DNA of 64,000 nucleotides from Thermodesulfobacteriota bacterium (GTDB taxonomy: Bacteria; Desulfobacterota_D; UBA1144; Nemesobacterales; JAJCZQ01): the NCBI GenBank assembly GCA_965203965.1, contig CBDBDR010000017.1:32001-96000 (forward strand), in the 5' to 3' direction. Below, in pieces: positions 50,008 through 60,867 of the stretch; within the stretch, counting starts at the first letter, position 1; every line of letters starts with the position of its first letter. The position numbers and the translations under genes are program-made. The notes under the pieces are model-generated. The model saw nothing but the letters and a program-made list of their open reading frames with translations, searched no databases and was not told the DNA's origin.

Positions 50008-51839
50008 TGTGTGGAATTGTGGGTTATATTGGTAATCCTGAACGCACTGTTGATGTTTTGTTTAATGGTCTCAGAGCACTTGAGTACAGAGGTTATGACT
50101 CTTCGGGTATATGTGTCCTAAATGAAGGTGGCAGGACAGTTGTAAAAAGTGAAGGCAATCTTGATAAATTAAAAGTCAAGTTGAGAGGTAGATCAATGTG
50201 CGGGGCAGCAGGGATTGGTCATACCCGGTGGGCAACTCACGGCAAACCAACTGAAAAAAACGCACACCCACAAGTATTTAGAAATATAAGTGTTGTTCAC
50301 AACGGTATAATCGAAAACTTTATTGAGATTAGAGGCAAACTGGAATCAAAAGGGCACAATTTTTACTCCGACACAGATACGGAAGTAATTGCCCATCTGG
50401 TTCAATATTTCATTGAGCTTGGCAACTCATTTGAAGAGTCCGTTAGAAAAGCATTTTCAAAACTTGAAGGTTCATGTGCTGCGGCAATAGTTTTTGATAA
50501 AGAACCTGAAAAAATAATTGCGGTCAGGAATTTTTCACCCCTTATAATTGCACAAAACAAAGATGAGAAATTTATAGCCTCGGACGTCCCAGCGATCTTA
50601 TCTCATTCAAAAAATATAATATTTCTAGAAGATGGAGACATTGCAGTTATTACTCCTGATTACATAGAAATCACTGATGTAAAAGGAAAAAAAATAAAAA
50701 GAAATTCCAAGTCTATTGACTGGGATCCTGTGTCGGTTGAAAAAGATGGATACAGGCACTTTATGCTAAAAGAGATAAATGAACAGCCAAGGGCATTGCT
50801 GGACACTATGAGAGGCAGATTTAATAAGATGCAGACCTCAATAAATTTTAAGGAACTAAAAGCGCTTGAGTTCGGTAAAATTTCAAAGGCATTGATACTC
50901 GGATGTGGCACCTCTTATCATGCCTCGCTCATCGGGAAATATATTATTGAGTCGCTTGCACGTTTGCCGGTGGAAGTTGATCTGGCATCTGAATTTCGCT
51001 ACAGAGATAATCTTGTTGATAAAAGCACTCTTGTTATAGCAGTTTCGCAATCGGGAGAAACGGCTGACACGTCAGAGGCTTTGCTATTTGCAAAGGAATC
51101 GGGTGCTGAAACTATGGGGATAACAAATGTTGCAATAAGCAAAATATCAAGAGAGTCTCATTATTCAATTCATACAAAGGCGGGACCTGAAATAGGAGTG
51201 GCTTCTACCAAGGCTTTCACAACTCAGGTTATCAGTTTATACATGTTGGCAATCTTCCTCGGCATTGAAAGGGGGTATATTAAAAAGAAAAAAGCTGAGC
51301 GGTTGATCGTAGAAGCTATATCAATTCCCAACATGCAGCAGTTGGCTTTGAATTTGAGCAGTGAGATAAGAACTATAGCAACGGAGTTTTACGGCTATAA
51401 GAACTTCATATACCTCGGCCGGGGAGTTAACTACCCAGTGGCACTTGAAGGTGCCCTTAAGCTGAAAGAAATCTCTTATATTCACGCTGAGGGTTATGCT
51501 GCAGGTGAAATGAAGCACGGCCCAATTGCATTAATTGACGAGAATATGCCTGTTGTTGTAATTGCACCCAAATATGAAACATGTTTTCAAAAAATTCTCG
51601 GAAATTTGCAGGAAATAAAAGCAAGAGGAGGCAAGATTATAGTTGTTACTTCAGAGGCAAAATTAGTTGATCTGGTTGATAAAGACGACAGAATTGTGAT
51701 GATACCGGAATGCAGCGAGCTTTTGTCGCCTTTAATTACAGTTATACCATTGCAGTTTCTTGCCTATCACATCGCCAATATACTGGGGACTGATATTGAC
51801 CAGCCGCGTAATCTTGCCAAAGTTGTAACGGTGGAATAA
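50007..51839 (+). CDS. glmS: Glutamine--fructose-6-phosphate transaminase
   Basis: MCGIVG, HTRWATHG, SQSGETAD, PRNLAKVVTVE. Confidence 0.97.
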   Translation: MCGIVGYIGNPERTVDVLFNGLRALEYRGYDSSGICVLNEGGRTVVKSEGNLDKLKVKLRGRSMCGAAGIGHTRWATHGKPTEKNAHPQVFRNISVVHNGIIENFIEIRGKLESKGHNFYSDTDTEVIAHLVQYFIELGNSFEESVRKAFSKLEGSCAAAIVFDKEPEKIIAVRNFSPLIIAQNKDEKFIASDVPAILSHSKNIIFLEDGDIAVITPDYIEITDVKGKKIKRNSKSIDWDPVSVEKDGYRHFMLKEINEQPRALLDTMRGRFNKMQTSINFKELKALEFGKISKALILGCGTSYHASLIGKYIIESLARLPVEVDLASEFRYRDNLVDKSTLVIAVSQSGETADTSEALLFAKESGAETMGITNVAISKISRESHYSIHTKAGPEIGVASTKAFTTQVISLYMLAIFLGIERGYIKKKKAERLIVEAISIPNMQQLALNLSSEIRTIATEFYGYKNFIYLGRGVNYPVALEGALKLKEISYIHAEGYAAGEMKHGPIALIDENMPVVVIAPKYETCFQKILGNLQEIKARGGKIIVVTSEAKLVDLVDKDDRIVMIPECSELLSPLITVIPLQFLAYHIANILGTDIDQPRNLAKVVTVE

Positions 51840-51913
51840 TCCCTTGATAAATTGTTCATGATTAACTGTTTAATCGTGTTTAAAAAATTCAGATTTAACG
51901 GATAATGTAACTA

Positions 51914-53203
51914 GTGAAAATTCTCGTTATAGGCAGCGGCGGTAGAGAGCATTCTTTGTGCTGGAAAATTAGGCAAAGTCCTTTGGTGAAGGAGTTGTTT
52001 TGTGCACCGGGGAGCTATGGAATCAGCAAAGAGGCGAGGTGTGTGGATATTCCTGTAACGGAAGTTGAAAATCTTCTGGGATTTGCAAAAAAAAACAATA
52101 TTGATCTGACGGTAGTTGGTCCCGAGTTGCCACTAACTCTCGGAATAGTTGACGCTTTTGAAAAAGAGGATTTAAAGATTTTCGGACCATCGAAAGTTGC
52201 TTCCGAGCTTGAAGGAAGCAAGGTTTTTTCCAAGGATTTTATGAAAAGACATGCAATTCCAACTGCAGATCATAAAGCTTTTACAGATCACAGCACCGCA
52301 CTGGATTTTATCAGAACTATAAGCACTCCTTTTGTGGTGAAAGCGGACGGACTTGCAGCTGGCAAGGGGGTAATTGTATGTAACAGTATTCAGGAAGGTG
52401 AAAAAGCTATAGGTTCGATAATGTTAGAGAGAAAATTTGGAGATGCAGGTGGTAGTATTGTAATAGAAGAATTTTTAGAGGGTCAGGAAGTATCCATATT
52501 TGTGATCACTGATGGTGAGAGATATCTGTTGCTTGAACCTTCTCAAGATCACAAACCCGTATATGACAATGATGAAGGACCAAATACAGGTGGAATGGGC
52601 GCATACTGTCCCGCACCTATTGTTACAAGAGAACTGCTTGAAACTGTAATATCTAAGATTGTTGAACGGACTTTGTCAGGACTCAATTCTGAAGGCAGAA
52701 GATATAAAGGCGTCCTTTATACAGGCTTGATGATTAATGGTGATGATGTAAGAGTGCTTGAATATAATTGCAGGTTCGGTGATCCAGAGGCACAACCTCT
52801 TCTCTTTAAGATGGATAACGATATTGTTCCGATCATGGTTGAAGCAGCAGAAGGTAAACTTGGTAAGCACAGAAGGATTGAATACAAGGAGGGTGTTGCC
52901 ATTTGCGTGGTAATGGCATCAAGAGGTTACCCCGGCAATTATGAAAAAGGGTTGGAACTAAAGAAAATAACCTTGCTTAACAATAGGGAAGACGTTGCTG
53001 TTTTCCATGCAGGCACTAAGTTTTGTAACCGTAGAATAGTTACAAATGGTGGTAGAGTAATAGGGATAACATGTATGGGCGATAATGTTGAAGATGCTAT
53101 AGAAAAGGTTTACGAGAGAATCAGAATCATAGATGATGGGGTTTTGCATTACAGGACAGACATTGGAGATAAAGCAAAAAGTAATTTAACTCTTGTAAAA
53201 TAG
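51914..53203 (+). CDS. purD: Phosphoribosylamine--glycine ligase
   Basis: GSGGREH, KADGLAAGKGV, NTGGMGAY, RFGDPE. Confidence 0.97.
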   Translation: MKILVIGSGGREHSLCWKIRQSPLVKELFCAPGSYGISKEARCVDIPVTEVENLLGFAKKNNIDLTVVGPELPLTLGIVDAFEKEDLKIFGPSKVASELEGSKVFSKDFMKRHAIPTADHKAFTDHSTALDFIRTISTPFVVKADGLAAGKGVIVCNSIQEGEKAIGSIMLERKFGDAGGSIVIEEFLEGQEVSIFVITDGERYLLLEPSQDHKPVYDNDEGPNTGGMGAYCPAPIVTRELLETVISKIVERTLSGLNSEGRRYKGVLYTGLMINGDDVRVLEYNCRFGDPEAQPLLFKMDNDIVPIMVEAAEGKLGKHRRIEYKEGVAICVVMASRGYPGNYEKGLELKKITLLNNREDVAVFHAGTKFCNRRIVTNGGRVIGITCMGDNVEDAIEKVYERIRIIDDGVLHYRTDIGDKAKSNLTLVK

Positions 53204-53225
53204 GTTATATATTTTGCAATAATTA

Positions 53226-53255
53226 TTGACAATACTCGTATTATTGGGATACAAT
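53226..53255 (+). promoter_or_regulatory. Sigma70 promoter for rpsL-rpsG-fusA
   Basis: TTGACA (53226-31), 18-nt spacer, TACAAT (53250-55); aaggag RBS before rpsL. Confidence 0.6.
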
Positions 53256-53306
53256 TAAAAGTTTAATTTTTTAAAGAGATTATCATCTTAAGGAGATTAT
53301 CAATAG

Positions 53307-53678
53307 ATGCCAACAATAAGTCAACTTGTTAAAGATGGCAGAAGAGTTACAAAGAAAAAGAGTAAATCCCCTGCGCTTCAGAATTGTCCTCAGAGAAGAG
53401 GTGTATGCGTGAGGGTTTATACAACTACTCCTAAAAAACCGAATTCTGCTCTGAGAAAAGTGGCAAGAGTTCGGCTTACAAACGGTATAGAAGTTACCGG
53501 TTACATTCCTGGTGAAGGGCATTCACTTCAGGAGCACTCGGTGGTATTAATAAGGGGTGGCAGGGTGAAGGATCTGCCGGGGGTTAGGTATCATATTGTA
53601 AGAGGGACTTTGGATTCTACAGGGGTTGACAACAGGCGGAAAAGTCGCTCCAAGTATGGCACCAAGAAACCTAAATAA
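53307..53678 (+). CDS. rpsL: 30S ribosomal protein S12
   Basis: [24 protein letters not shown]. Confidence 0.99.
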   Translation: MPTISQLVKDGRRVTKKKSKSPALQNCPQRRGVCVRVYTTTPKKPNSALRKVARVRLTNGIEVTGYIPGEGHSLQEHSVVLIRGGRVKDLPGVRYHIVRGTLDSTGVDNRRKSRSKYGTKKPK

Positions 53679-54167
<489 letters not shown>

Positions 54168-54196
54168 TTAGTAAGCTGGAGGATTATTGAAAATTA

Positions 54197-56281
54197 ATGT
54201 CGGAAAAAAATATACCAATAAGCAAAGTTAGAAATATTGGAATTGTTGCTCATATTGACGCAGGCAAGACTACAACTACTGAAAGAATCCTTTACTACAC
54301 GGGGCTTACCTACAAAATTGGTGAAGTTCACGAAGGAACTGCAACTATGGATTGGATGGATCAGGAAAGAGAGCGTGGCATTACGATTACGTCAGCAACT
54401 ACTACCTGTTTCTGGAACGATCACAGAATAAATATTATTGATACACCGGGACACGTTGATTTTACTATTGAAGTTGAAAGATCCTTAAAAGTTCTTGACG
54501 GTTCAGTGGTTGTTTTTGATTGTGTAGGAGGAGTTGAACCTCAGACTGAAACCGTTTGGAGACAGGCAGATAGGTATAAAGTGCCAAGAATGTGTTTTAT
54601 AAATAAGATGGACCGGGTTGGCGCTGATTTTTACAAGGTTGTAACCCAGATTAAAGACAGATTGGATTGCAGACCGCTTTGTTTGCAAATCCCATGGTTT
54701 GAGGGAGATGAGTTTAAGGGAATTATTGATCTTATTAGGATGAAAATGGCGATATGGGACAGTGAGTCTCTAGGAGCTACATATAGGTTTGTTGATATTC
54801 CGGGCGATGTTGAAGATCAGGCAAAGTCCTACAGGGAAGAAATAGTTGAAATTGTTTCCGACCATGATGAAGAAATAATGGAACTGTATTTAGATGGCAA
54901 GAATGTACCAGAAGAGAAAATTATAGACGCTATAAGAAAGCAAACGATAGACTTAAAAATAGTTCCCATACTATGCGGATCGGCTTTCAAAAATAAAGGT
55001 GTTCAATTACTCCTAAATGCGGTTGTTGATTTTATGCCCGCACCATTGGATCTTCCTCCAGTTAAGGGTTTAACTCCAGATTCAGAGCAGGAGGACACAA
55101 GGCTACCCGATGTAAAAGAACCGTTTTCCGCTTTAGCTTTTAAGATCATGACGGATCCTTTTGTTGGACAACTAACGTATTTAAGAATTTACTCCGGAAA
55201 ATTAAGTTCGGGCACTACGGTTTACAATTCATCAAAGCAGAGAAAGGAAAAGATCGGAAGATTGTTAAGAATGCACGCCGATAAAAGAGAGGAAATAAAA
55301 GAGAATGTTGCTGGAGGAATTGTGGCAGCAGTAGGGTTAAAGAATACAATGACCGGTGATACCTTGTGCGATGAATCAAAACCCATAGTTTTGGAGAGTC
55401 TTCATATTGCAGAACCGGTAATATCCATTGCGATCGAGCCAAAATCCAAAGCTGATCAGGAAAAGTTGGGCTTAGCTTTGAACAAATTAGCATTGGAAGA
55501 TCCCTCATTTAAGATAAGATTTGATGAAGAGACAAGCCAGACGCTGATCTCAGGAATGGGGGAATTGCATCTTGAAATTATTGTGGACAGATTAAATAGG
55601 GAATTTAACGTTGATGCCAACGTAGGCAAACCTCAAGTAGCATACAGAGAATCCATTACCCAGAATTCAAATGTTGAGAATAAATTTATAAGGCAGACGG
55701 GTGGTAGAGGTCAGTATGGTCACGTTAAGATCAGAGTGGAGCCGTTAGAAAGAGGAGAGGGCTTTAAGTTCATAGATGAAATTAAAGGTGGGGTAATTCC
55801 AAGGGAGTATATCCCCGCGGTTGAGAAGGGTATCTTGGAAGTTATGAAAACCGGAGTTGTATCTGGCTATCCCGTTGTAGATGTATCTGTTACTCTGTAT
55901 GATGGATCTTTCCATGAAGTGGATTCTTCAGAGATAGCCTTTAAAGTTGCCGGTTCACAAGCTTTCAAGGAGGCTGTTTTAAAATCAAAGCCCATTATTT
56001 TAGAGCCGATTATGAGCCTTGAAGCAGTGGTACCAGAAAACTTTATGGGAACAGTCATAGGCGACTTAAATTCTCGAAGAGGACGTATAAACAACACGGA
56101 ATCGCGTGGTAAGATGCAGGCAATAAAAGGAGAATCACCTCTGGGTGAGATGTTTGGTTATGCTACAAATTTGAGATCTATGACGGAGGGGCGAGGATTA
56201 TTTACAATGGAATTTTCACACTATGCACCACTTCCAGAAAGCATTTCTCAAGAGTTAAAGGAAGATGCAAAAGCAGTATAA
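54197..56281 (+). CDS. fusA: Elongation factor G
   Basis: [36 protein letters not shown]. Confidence 0.99.
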   Translation: MSEKNIPISKVRNIGIVAHIDAGKTTTTERILYYTGLTYKIGEVHEGTATMDWMDQERERGITITSATTTCFWNDHRINIIDTPGHVDFTIEVERSLKVLDGSVVVFDCVGGVEPQTETVWRQADRYKVPRMCFINKMDRVGADFYKVVTQIKDRLDCRPLCLQIPWFEGDEFKGIIDLIRMKMAIWDSESLGATYRFVDIPGDVEDQAKSYREEIVEIVSDHDEEIMELYLDGKNVPEEKIIDAIRKQTIDLKIVPILCGSAFKNKGVQLLLNAVVDFMPAPLDLPPVKGLTPDSEQEDTRLPDVKEPFSALAFKIMTDPFVGQLTYLRIYSGKLSSGTTVYNSSKQRKEKIGRLLRMHADKREEIKENVAGGIVAAVGLKNTMTGDTLCDESKPIVLESLHIAEPVISIAIEPKSKADQEKLGLALNKLALEDPSFKIRFDEETSQTLISGMGELHLEIIVDRLNREFNVDANVGKPQVAYRESITQNSNVENKFIRQTGGRGQYGHVKIRVEPLERGEGFKFIDEIKGGVIPREYIPAVEKGILEVMKTGVVSGYPVVDVSVTLYDGSFHEVDSSEIAFKVAGSQAFKEAVLKSKPIILEPIMSLEAVVPENFMGTVIGDLNSRRGRINNTESRGKMQAIKGESPLGEMFGYATNLRSMTEGRGLFTMEFSHYAPLPESISQELKEDAKAV

Positions 56282-56401
56282 ATTATTTTTGCACCGTGGT
56301 TTACAAACTATCTGGTAGTAAGATTCCTCCAAAATTATTGATAATGTTTCTTATTTCTTATTATCTGATATTTTCATTGTAATTTCCTATTTTGGTACAA
56401 T

Positions 56402-56771
56402 TCAGCCTAGTATTCTTTTGCCGATTTAATCTCTTGTAATTTCTTTTTTGCTATTTGTTTAGCGGGATTAATCTGACTTGAGGCAAGTTTTTAAAGCCAA
56501 ATCGCGTATTTCTTTTCCTTTCTTATCTACATTTGCCGTTGCCAAAGAAAGCCAGATATATGCTTCTTGCAAATCTTGAATAGCCCCATGGCCATTATAT
56601 GACCCCAAGATTATATTGCGCACCAGCAACTCCTTGTTCGGCTACTCTTTTATATACAGAATGCCTGCTGGTAATTTTCTTCAAACGCAGTCATCTTCAT
56701 ACCTGCCGACCCATTAATGTCACTGCTATCAACAAAGAAATCAGTGTGCATATTTCTATGTTGTTATACAA
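56402..56771 (-). pseudogene. Frameshifted Sel1-like repeat secreted protein
   Basis: Fragments across frames: ICTLISLLIAVTLMG (signal-like); AFEENYQQAF; YKRVAEQGVAGAQYNLGVI*; YNGHGAIQDLQEAYIWLSLATAN...IRDL; KLASSQINPAKQIAK. Boundaries approximate. Confidence 0.75.
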
Positions 56772-56889
56772 ATTATACGCGAGCACAAATGTCGGAGCAT
56801 ATAGGTATGTTGCCATTTTAGACTGGAAATGCTTTTAGGAAATTATTAATGAATAGCTTTAGTCTCCAAATTATATAAATTATCGTCTA

Positions 56890-59118
56890 GTGAATCTTGC
56901 CAAAAAATATCTTGCCTCGCTGGTTATTGTTTTTTTATTCTCAATAACCTTATCATTTTTCCCTGTTATTGGAGTTTTGGGATATGAATATTCGTCTCTT
57001 TCCGCGTTGTTACTGTCATTTATTTCTGTCTTTATAAGCGTGGAGGTAGTGAATAATTCTTATTATAAAAGGGTTTTTAATGCAAATACAAATGAGTTTG
57101 TGGCAAGTTCTATTTTGGTTAATTTTTCATTCTTATTTGTCAATTTCATTGTTGGGCTGATAAGTTCGTTTTATAAGAGAGATTGTAGTATTGAATCAGG
57201 AATTGCGTTTTATCTACTAATCACCTTAATCACTGTTTTCTTCTCAACTTCTATTGGAGTATTAACTGGCATTTTATTTAAAAGGAGAGGTTTTATAATT
57301 GGCTCAGCAGTTTTGTTCTTCATAATAATATATTCCCTTTGGTCATTCTACAGCCAGTTTCACATTTTTTTCTATAATGCAATAATTGGTTATTTCCCCG
57401 GTTCTCTGTATGACAAGAGTATTTCAATAACACAGTCACTTATCATATACAGAGGAATTATCTTACTGTGGTCTCTTTTAATTTTTACCATGGTTTTAAT
57501 CATCAAATCATTGATTAAAGGAAGATTGAATGTTTTTCTTGCATTTGCTTTTCTGTTTATGTTATCAGTGTTGACCTTTTCTTATTTCAAGCAGGAAGAA
57601 CTTGGATTTAGTTATACAAGAGAATATATAAAGAAAAGTTTTCTTTCAGGGACTCATGAGACTGAGCATTTTGTAATCCATTATGCTCCCGGGTCAATTG
57701 CAGCAGAAGAGATTGAGTTAATAGCCGATGATCATGAGTGGAGATATTTGGAAGTGAGTACTCATTTAAATGTAGATCTGAATAGCAAAGTTAACTCTTA
57801 CATATATCCGAATAAGGAATCAAGAAAGAAGTATTTTGGTTCTTTACAGGCGGCTTTTGCTAACCCTATTCATAAAGAGATGCATCAGGTTTATGGATCA
57901 TTTCCAATGCCCAGTTTAAGGCATGAGCTTGTGCATATAATATCTTCAGAATTTGGATCAGGACTGATAAAAGTCAGTCCTGAAAAGGGTCTGATAGAGG
58001 GAATAGCAGTTGCTGTTGACTGGCAAGCAAGTAAAACAAACAGGCATCAGAATGCAAAATTTTTACTGGAGAAAGAAAAGTTAAACAACAACCTGAAAGA
58101 TTTTCTTGGATTCAAGTTCTGGTATTACCCACAATCTGTAAGCTATACGTTAATGGGCTCTTATTGCAGGTATTTAATAGACAAATATGGTATTGAAGAA
58201 TTTAAAGAGTATTACAGGACAGGTTATACAAATGTGTATGGTCAAACGGTTGATCAGTTAATTGACGGATGGGTTAAATTTCTGCGAGATGATATAGAGT
58301 TTTCTGAAAATTCAAAGGAATTTCTGGAGCATAAATTTTCTGAAGAAAGCGTATTTGAAGATGCGTGTCCGAGGAAAACAGAGGAATTTATCCTCAAAGG
58401 TATCAAAAAATATAAAGGTAAAGATTTTGCAGGTGCTGCAGTTATTTTTAACAAAACCCATAGTTTAAACAATAATAATTCAAAAGTTAAAACACTCCTC
58501 GCGTATTCCTATTATTATAGTGAAGACTATGATGAGTTATTAAATATGGATACAACCCGGAAACTAACTGAGTTGGATAAAAATATCATTAACAACTTGA
58601 AGACCAATGCGATGTGGACGCAAAAGGGATACGATCACGCATACCCTTATTTTAAAGAGTTGATTGACAAAGCTTTAACCGATAGCACTAAAGAAGAGGT
58701 TGCCCTAAAGGTGGATCTGAGGCGATTTAAGGGGGATATCAAGAGATTGTTTAATGGGTATCTACTTGCAGATAATTATTTTGACAGGTTTGTAATTATG
58801 AAAGATATAAATGAAAAATACAGATCATACTTTCCTGCCTACTATATTTTGGGCAAAATGTATCTTGAACGGAGGGATTATGAAAGGGCAGCTAGCAATT
58901 TTGAGTTTGCAAATGCCAGAAGTGACAAGTTGCCATCGCCAGAAATTCGGCTTGAAAGTTTGAAGCTACTGGGTATATCCCAGTATTCTTCAGGAGATTA
59001 CTACGGAGCAATTAGAACTTTTACAAAACTCGCAAAACTTGACCCGGGGCGTTATAGAAATTACTCGCACAATTTTATAGAGAGATCAATGTGGGCTGTT
59101 AAAAATCACCAGGAGTGA
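56890..59118 (+). CDS. Multi-TM membrane protein with gluzincin (HExxH) peptidase domain and TPR-like C-terminus
   Basis: About 7 N-terminal TM segments; ETEHFVIHY; LRHELVH...LIEGIAVA; helical TPR-like tail (AYYILGKMY). Confidence 0.7.
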   Translation: MNLAKKYLASLVIVFLFSITLSFFPVIGVLGYEYSSLSALLLSFISVFISVEVVNNSYYKRVFNANTNEFVASSILVNFSFLFVNFIVGLISSFYKRDCSIESGIAFYLLITLITVFFSTSIGVLTGILFKRRGFIIGSAVLFFIIIYSLWSFYSQFHIFFYNAIIGYFPGSLYDKSISITQSLIIYRGIILLWSLLIFTMVLIIKSLIKGRLNVFLAFAFLFMLSVLTFSYFKQEELGFSYTREYIKKSFLSGTHETEHFVIHYAPGSIAAEEIELIADDHEWRYLEVSTHLNVDLNSKVNSYIYPNKESRKKYFGSLQAAFANPIHKEMHQVYGSFPMPSLRHELVHIISSEFGSGLIKVSPEKGLIEGIAVAVDWQASKTNRHQNAKFLLEKEKLNNNLKDFLGFKFWYYPQSVSYTLMGSYCRYLIDKYGIEEFKEYYRTGYTNVYGQTVDQLIDGWVKFLRDDIEFSENSKEFLEHKFSEESVFEDACPRKTEEFILKGIKKYKGKDFAGAAVIFNKTHSLNNNNSKVKTLLAYSYYYSEDYDELLNMDTTRKLTELDKNIINNLKTNAMWTQKGYDHAYPYFKELIDKALTDSTKEEVALKVDLRRFKGDIKRLFNGYLLADNYFDRFVIMKDINEKYRSYFPAYYILGKMYLERRDYERAASNFEFANARSDKLPSPEIRLESLKLLGISQYSSGDYYGAIRTFTKLAKLDPGRYRNYSHNFIERSMWAVKNHQE

Positions 59119-59130
59119 TAAGTTCATTCT

Positions 59131-59640
59131 ATGAACAAATATGTATTAACTTCTCTAATCTGTATGATAATTGTCATCTTGGATCAGATTTCAAAGTATC
59201 TGGTGACGTTTTACATACCTCTTTATGGAAGTTTTGAAATTTTACCAATATTTGATTTGACCCATATACAAAACAGTGGTGTTGCGTTTGGAATGCTGCA
59301 AAATATTCCCCAGAAATTCAAACTACCACTCTTTGTAACTGTATTTGTTGTTGCAGTAATTGTGTTAATATCAATAATCAAAAATACCGACAGTAGCAAT
59401 AAGTCTATTATATTGGGGCTTTCATTGATATTGTCCGGGGCAGTGGGAAATTCACTTGACAGGTTTCGTCAGGGCTACGTGACTGATTTCATAGATTTTC
59501 ACTGGTTCAACAACCCCTCCCTTCACTGGCCTCCATTTAACATTGCTGACAGTGCAATTACTATCGGGGCGATAATTATCATAGCTAAAAGTGGTATGTT
59601 TTTTTCAAACCAAGAGAACAATGTTTACAGGGATAATTGA
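59131..59640 (+). CDS. lspA: Lipoprotein signal peptidase II
   Basis: DQISK, NSGVAFG, GAVGNSLDR, VTDFID, FNIADSAI. Confidence 0.96.
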   Translation: MNKYVLTSLICMIIVILDQISKYLVTFYIPLYGSFEILPIFDLTHIQNSGVAFGMLQNIPQKFKLPLFVTVFVVAVIVLISIIKNTDSSNKSIILGLSLILSGAVGNSLDRFRQGYVTDFIDFHWFNNPSLHWPPFNIADSAITIGAIIIIAKSGMFFSNQENNVYRDN

Positions 59641-60220
59641 AGATATAGGCAGAGTAGATATTATACGGGAAAGCGTAAAAGAGAGTACATACACCATATC
59701 GGTGAATAAGCTCGATGCAAATGAGGTTAATATTGGTGATAGCATAGCGGTTAATGGAGTATGTCTTACGGTGGTATCACTTAATGGAAGCAGGTTTAAG
59801 GTTGATGCTTCACATGAGACTTTAAGTAGAACCAATTTGTCAAGTTTAAAAATCGGCAGCAAAGTGAATCTGGAAAGGTCACTTAAGGTGGCAGGTAGAT
59901 TCGGAGGACATATTGTAACTGGTCACATTGATGGCATGGCTGAAGTTGTAAAAGTAAGACCTGTGGGAAAATCAGTTGAGTTCTGGTTTGAATTGCCTGA
60001 TAAACTTAATAGATATATAGTGGAAAAAGGTTCTATTACCGTTGATGGTATCAGCCTAACAGTAAACGAAATGATCAACGGCAAGTTTTCTGTCAATATT
60101 ATTCCTTATACAAAAGTTGAAACCACAATATCTTCCCTTACTGTTGGAAATAAAGTCAACATAGAATGTGATATATTGGCTAAATATGTTGAGAAGTTGC
60201 TTAAAGCTAATTTAGGATAG
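59621..60220 (+). CDS. ribE: Riboflavin synthase (alpha type)
   Basis: MFTGII start, GDSIAVNGVCLT, VNLERSL, GGHIVTGHID. Confidence 0.96.
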   Translation: MFTGIIEDIGRVDIIRESVKESTYTISVNKLDANEVNIGDSIAVNGVCLTVVSLNGSRFKVDASHETLSRTNLSSLKIGSKVNLERSLKVAGRFGGHIVTGHIDGMAEVVKVRPVGKSVEFWFELPDKLNRYIVEKGSITVDGISLTVNEMINGKFSVNIIPYTKVETTISSLTVGNKVNIECDILAKYVEKLLKANLG

Positions 60221-60235
60221 AGGTATATTTTCAAA

Positions 60236-60757
60236 TTGAGTAATTTTAATAAAATATACCTTTTGGGCTTTATGGGTTCAGGTAAAACTACCACTGGAGA
60301 GATTCTTGCACAGAAATTGGATTACTGTTTTGTTGACCTAGATGTGTTTGTGGAAAATAAATGTCAAAAATCCATTAAACAGATGTTTTCAGAAGGTGGT
60401 GAATTACTCTTCAGAAATATAGAGTCCGATTGTTTGGATAAGGTGTCCAATCTGAATGATAAATGTGTCATTTCAACTGGTGGAGGTGTTGTTCTTTCTC
60501 AGCTAAATTGGAAATTGATGAATAGCAGTGGGACAACATTTTACCTGAAAGTGGATATTGATACTGCCTGGAACAGAATAAAATCTAGTGAAGTCAGACC
60601 TTTACTTAACGTGGCAAATCCACTCGATGAGGCGAGAAAACTTTTTGCCGAGCGGATTACCCTCTATGAAAGATCAGACTTTACCGTTAATACTAATGGG
60701 TTTTCAGCAGATAAGGTTGCCGATGAAGTAGTTGATATTGTAAAAAAACATAGATGA
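60236..60757 (+). CDS. aroK: Shikimate kinase
   Basis: GFMGSGKTT, DLD, STGGG, RPLL. Confidence 0.93.
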   Translation: MSNFNKIYLLGFMGSGKTTTGEILAQKLDYCFVDLDVFVENKCQKSIKQMFSEGGELLFRNIESDCLDKVSNLNDKCVISTGGGVVLSQLNWKLMNSSGTTFYLKVDIDTAWNRIKSSEVRPLLNVANPLDEARKLFAERITLYERSDFTVNTNGFSADKVADEVVDIVKKHR

Positions 60758-60867
60758 AAAGTATTAATCATTTTGTGTTTAAATTGTTGCTTTTAATTAT
60801 TTATAATCCTTTACCTAATATTAAAAACATATATCTTACTTTAAGATTTTCATCAGGAGGGCACTCA

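Noticed and set aside
48589..50010. glmS ribozyme
   Set aside because: glmS overlaps the glmU stop, leaving no leader.
56599..56838. 79-aa plus-strand ORF
   Set aside because: Antisense to the Sel1 pseudogene; no recognisable features.
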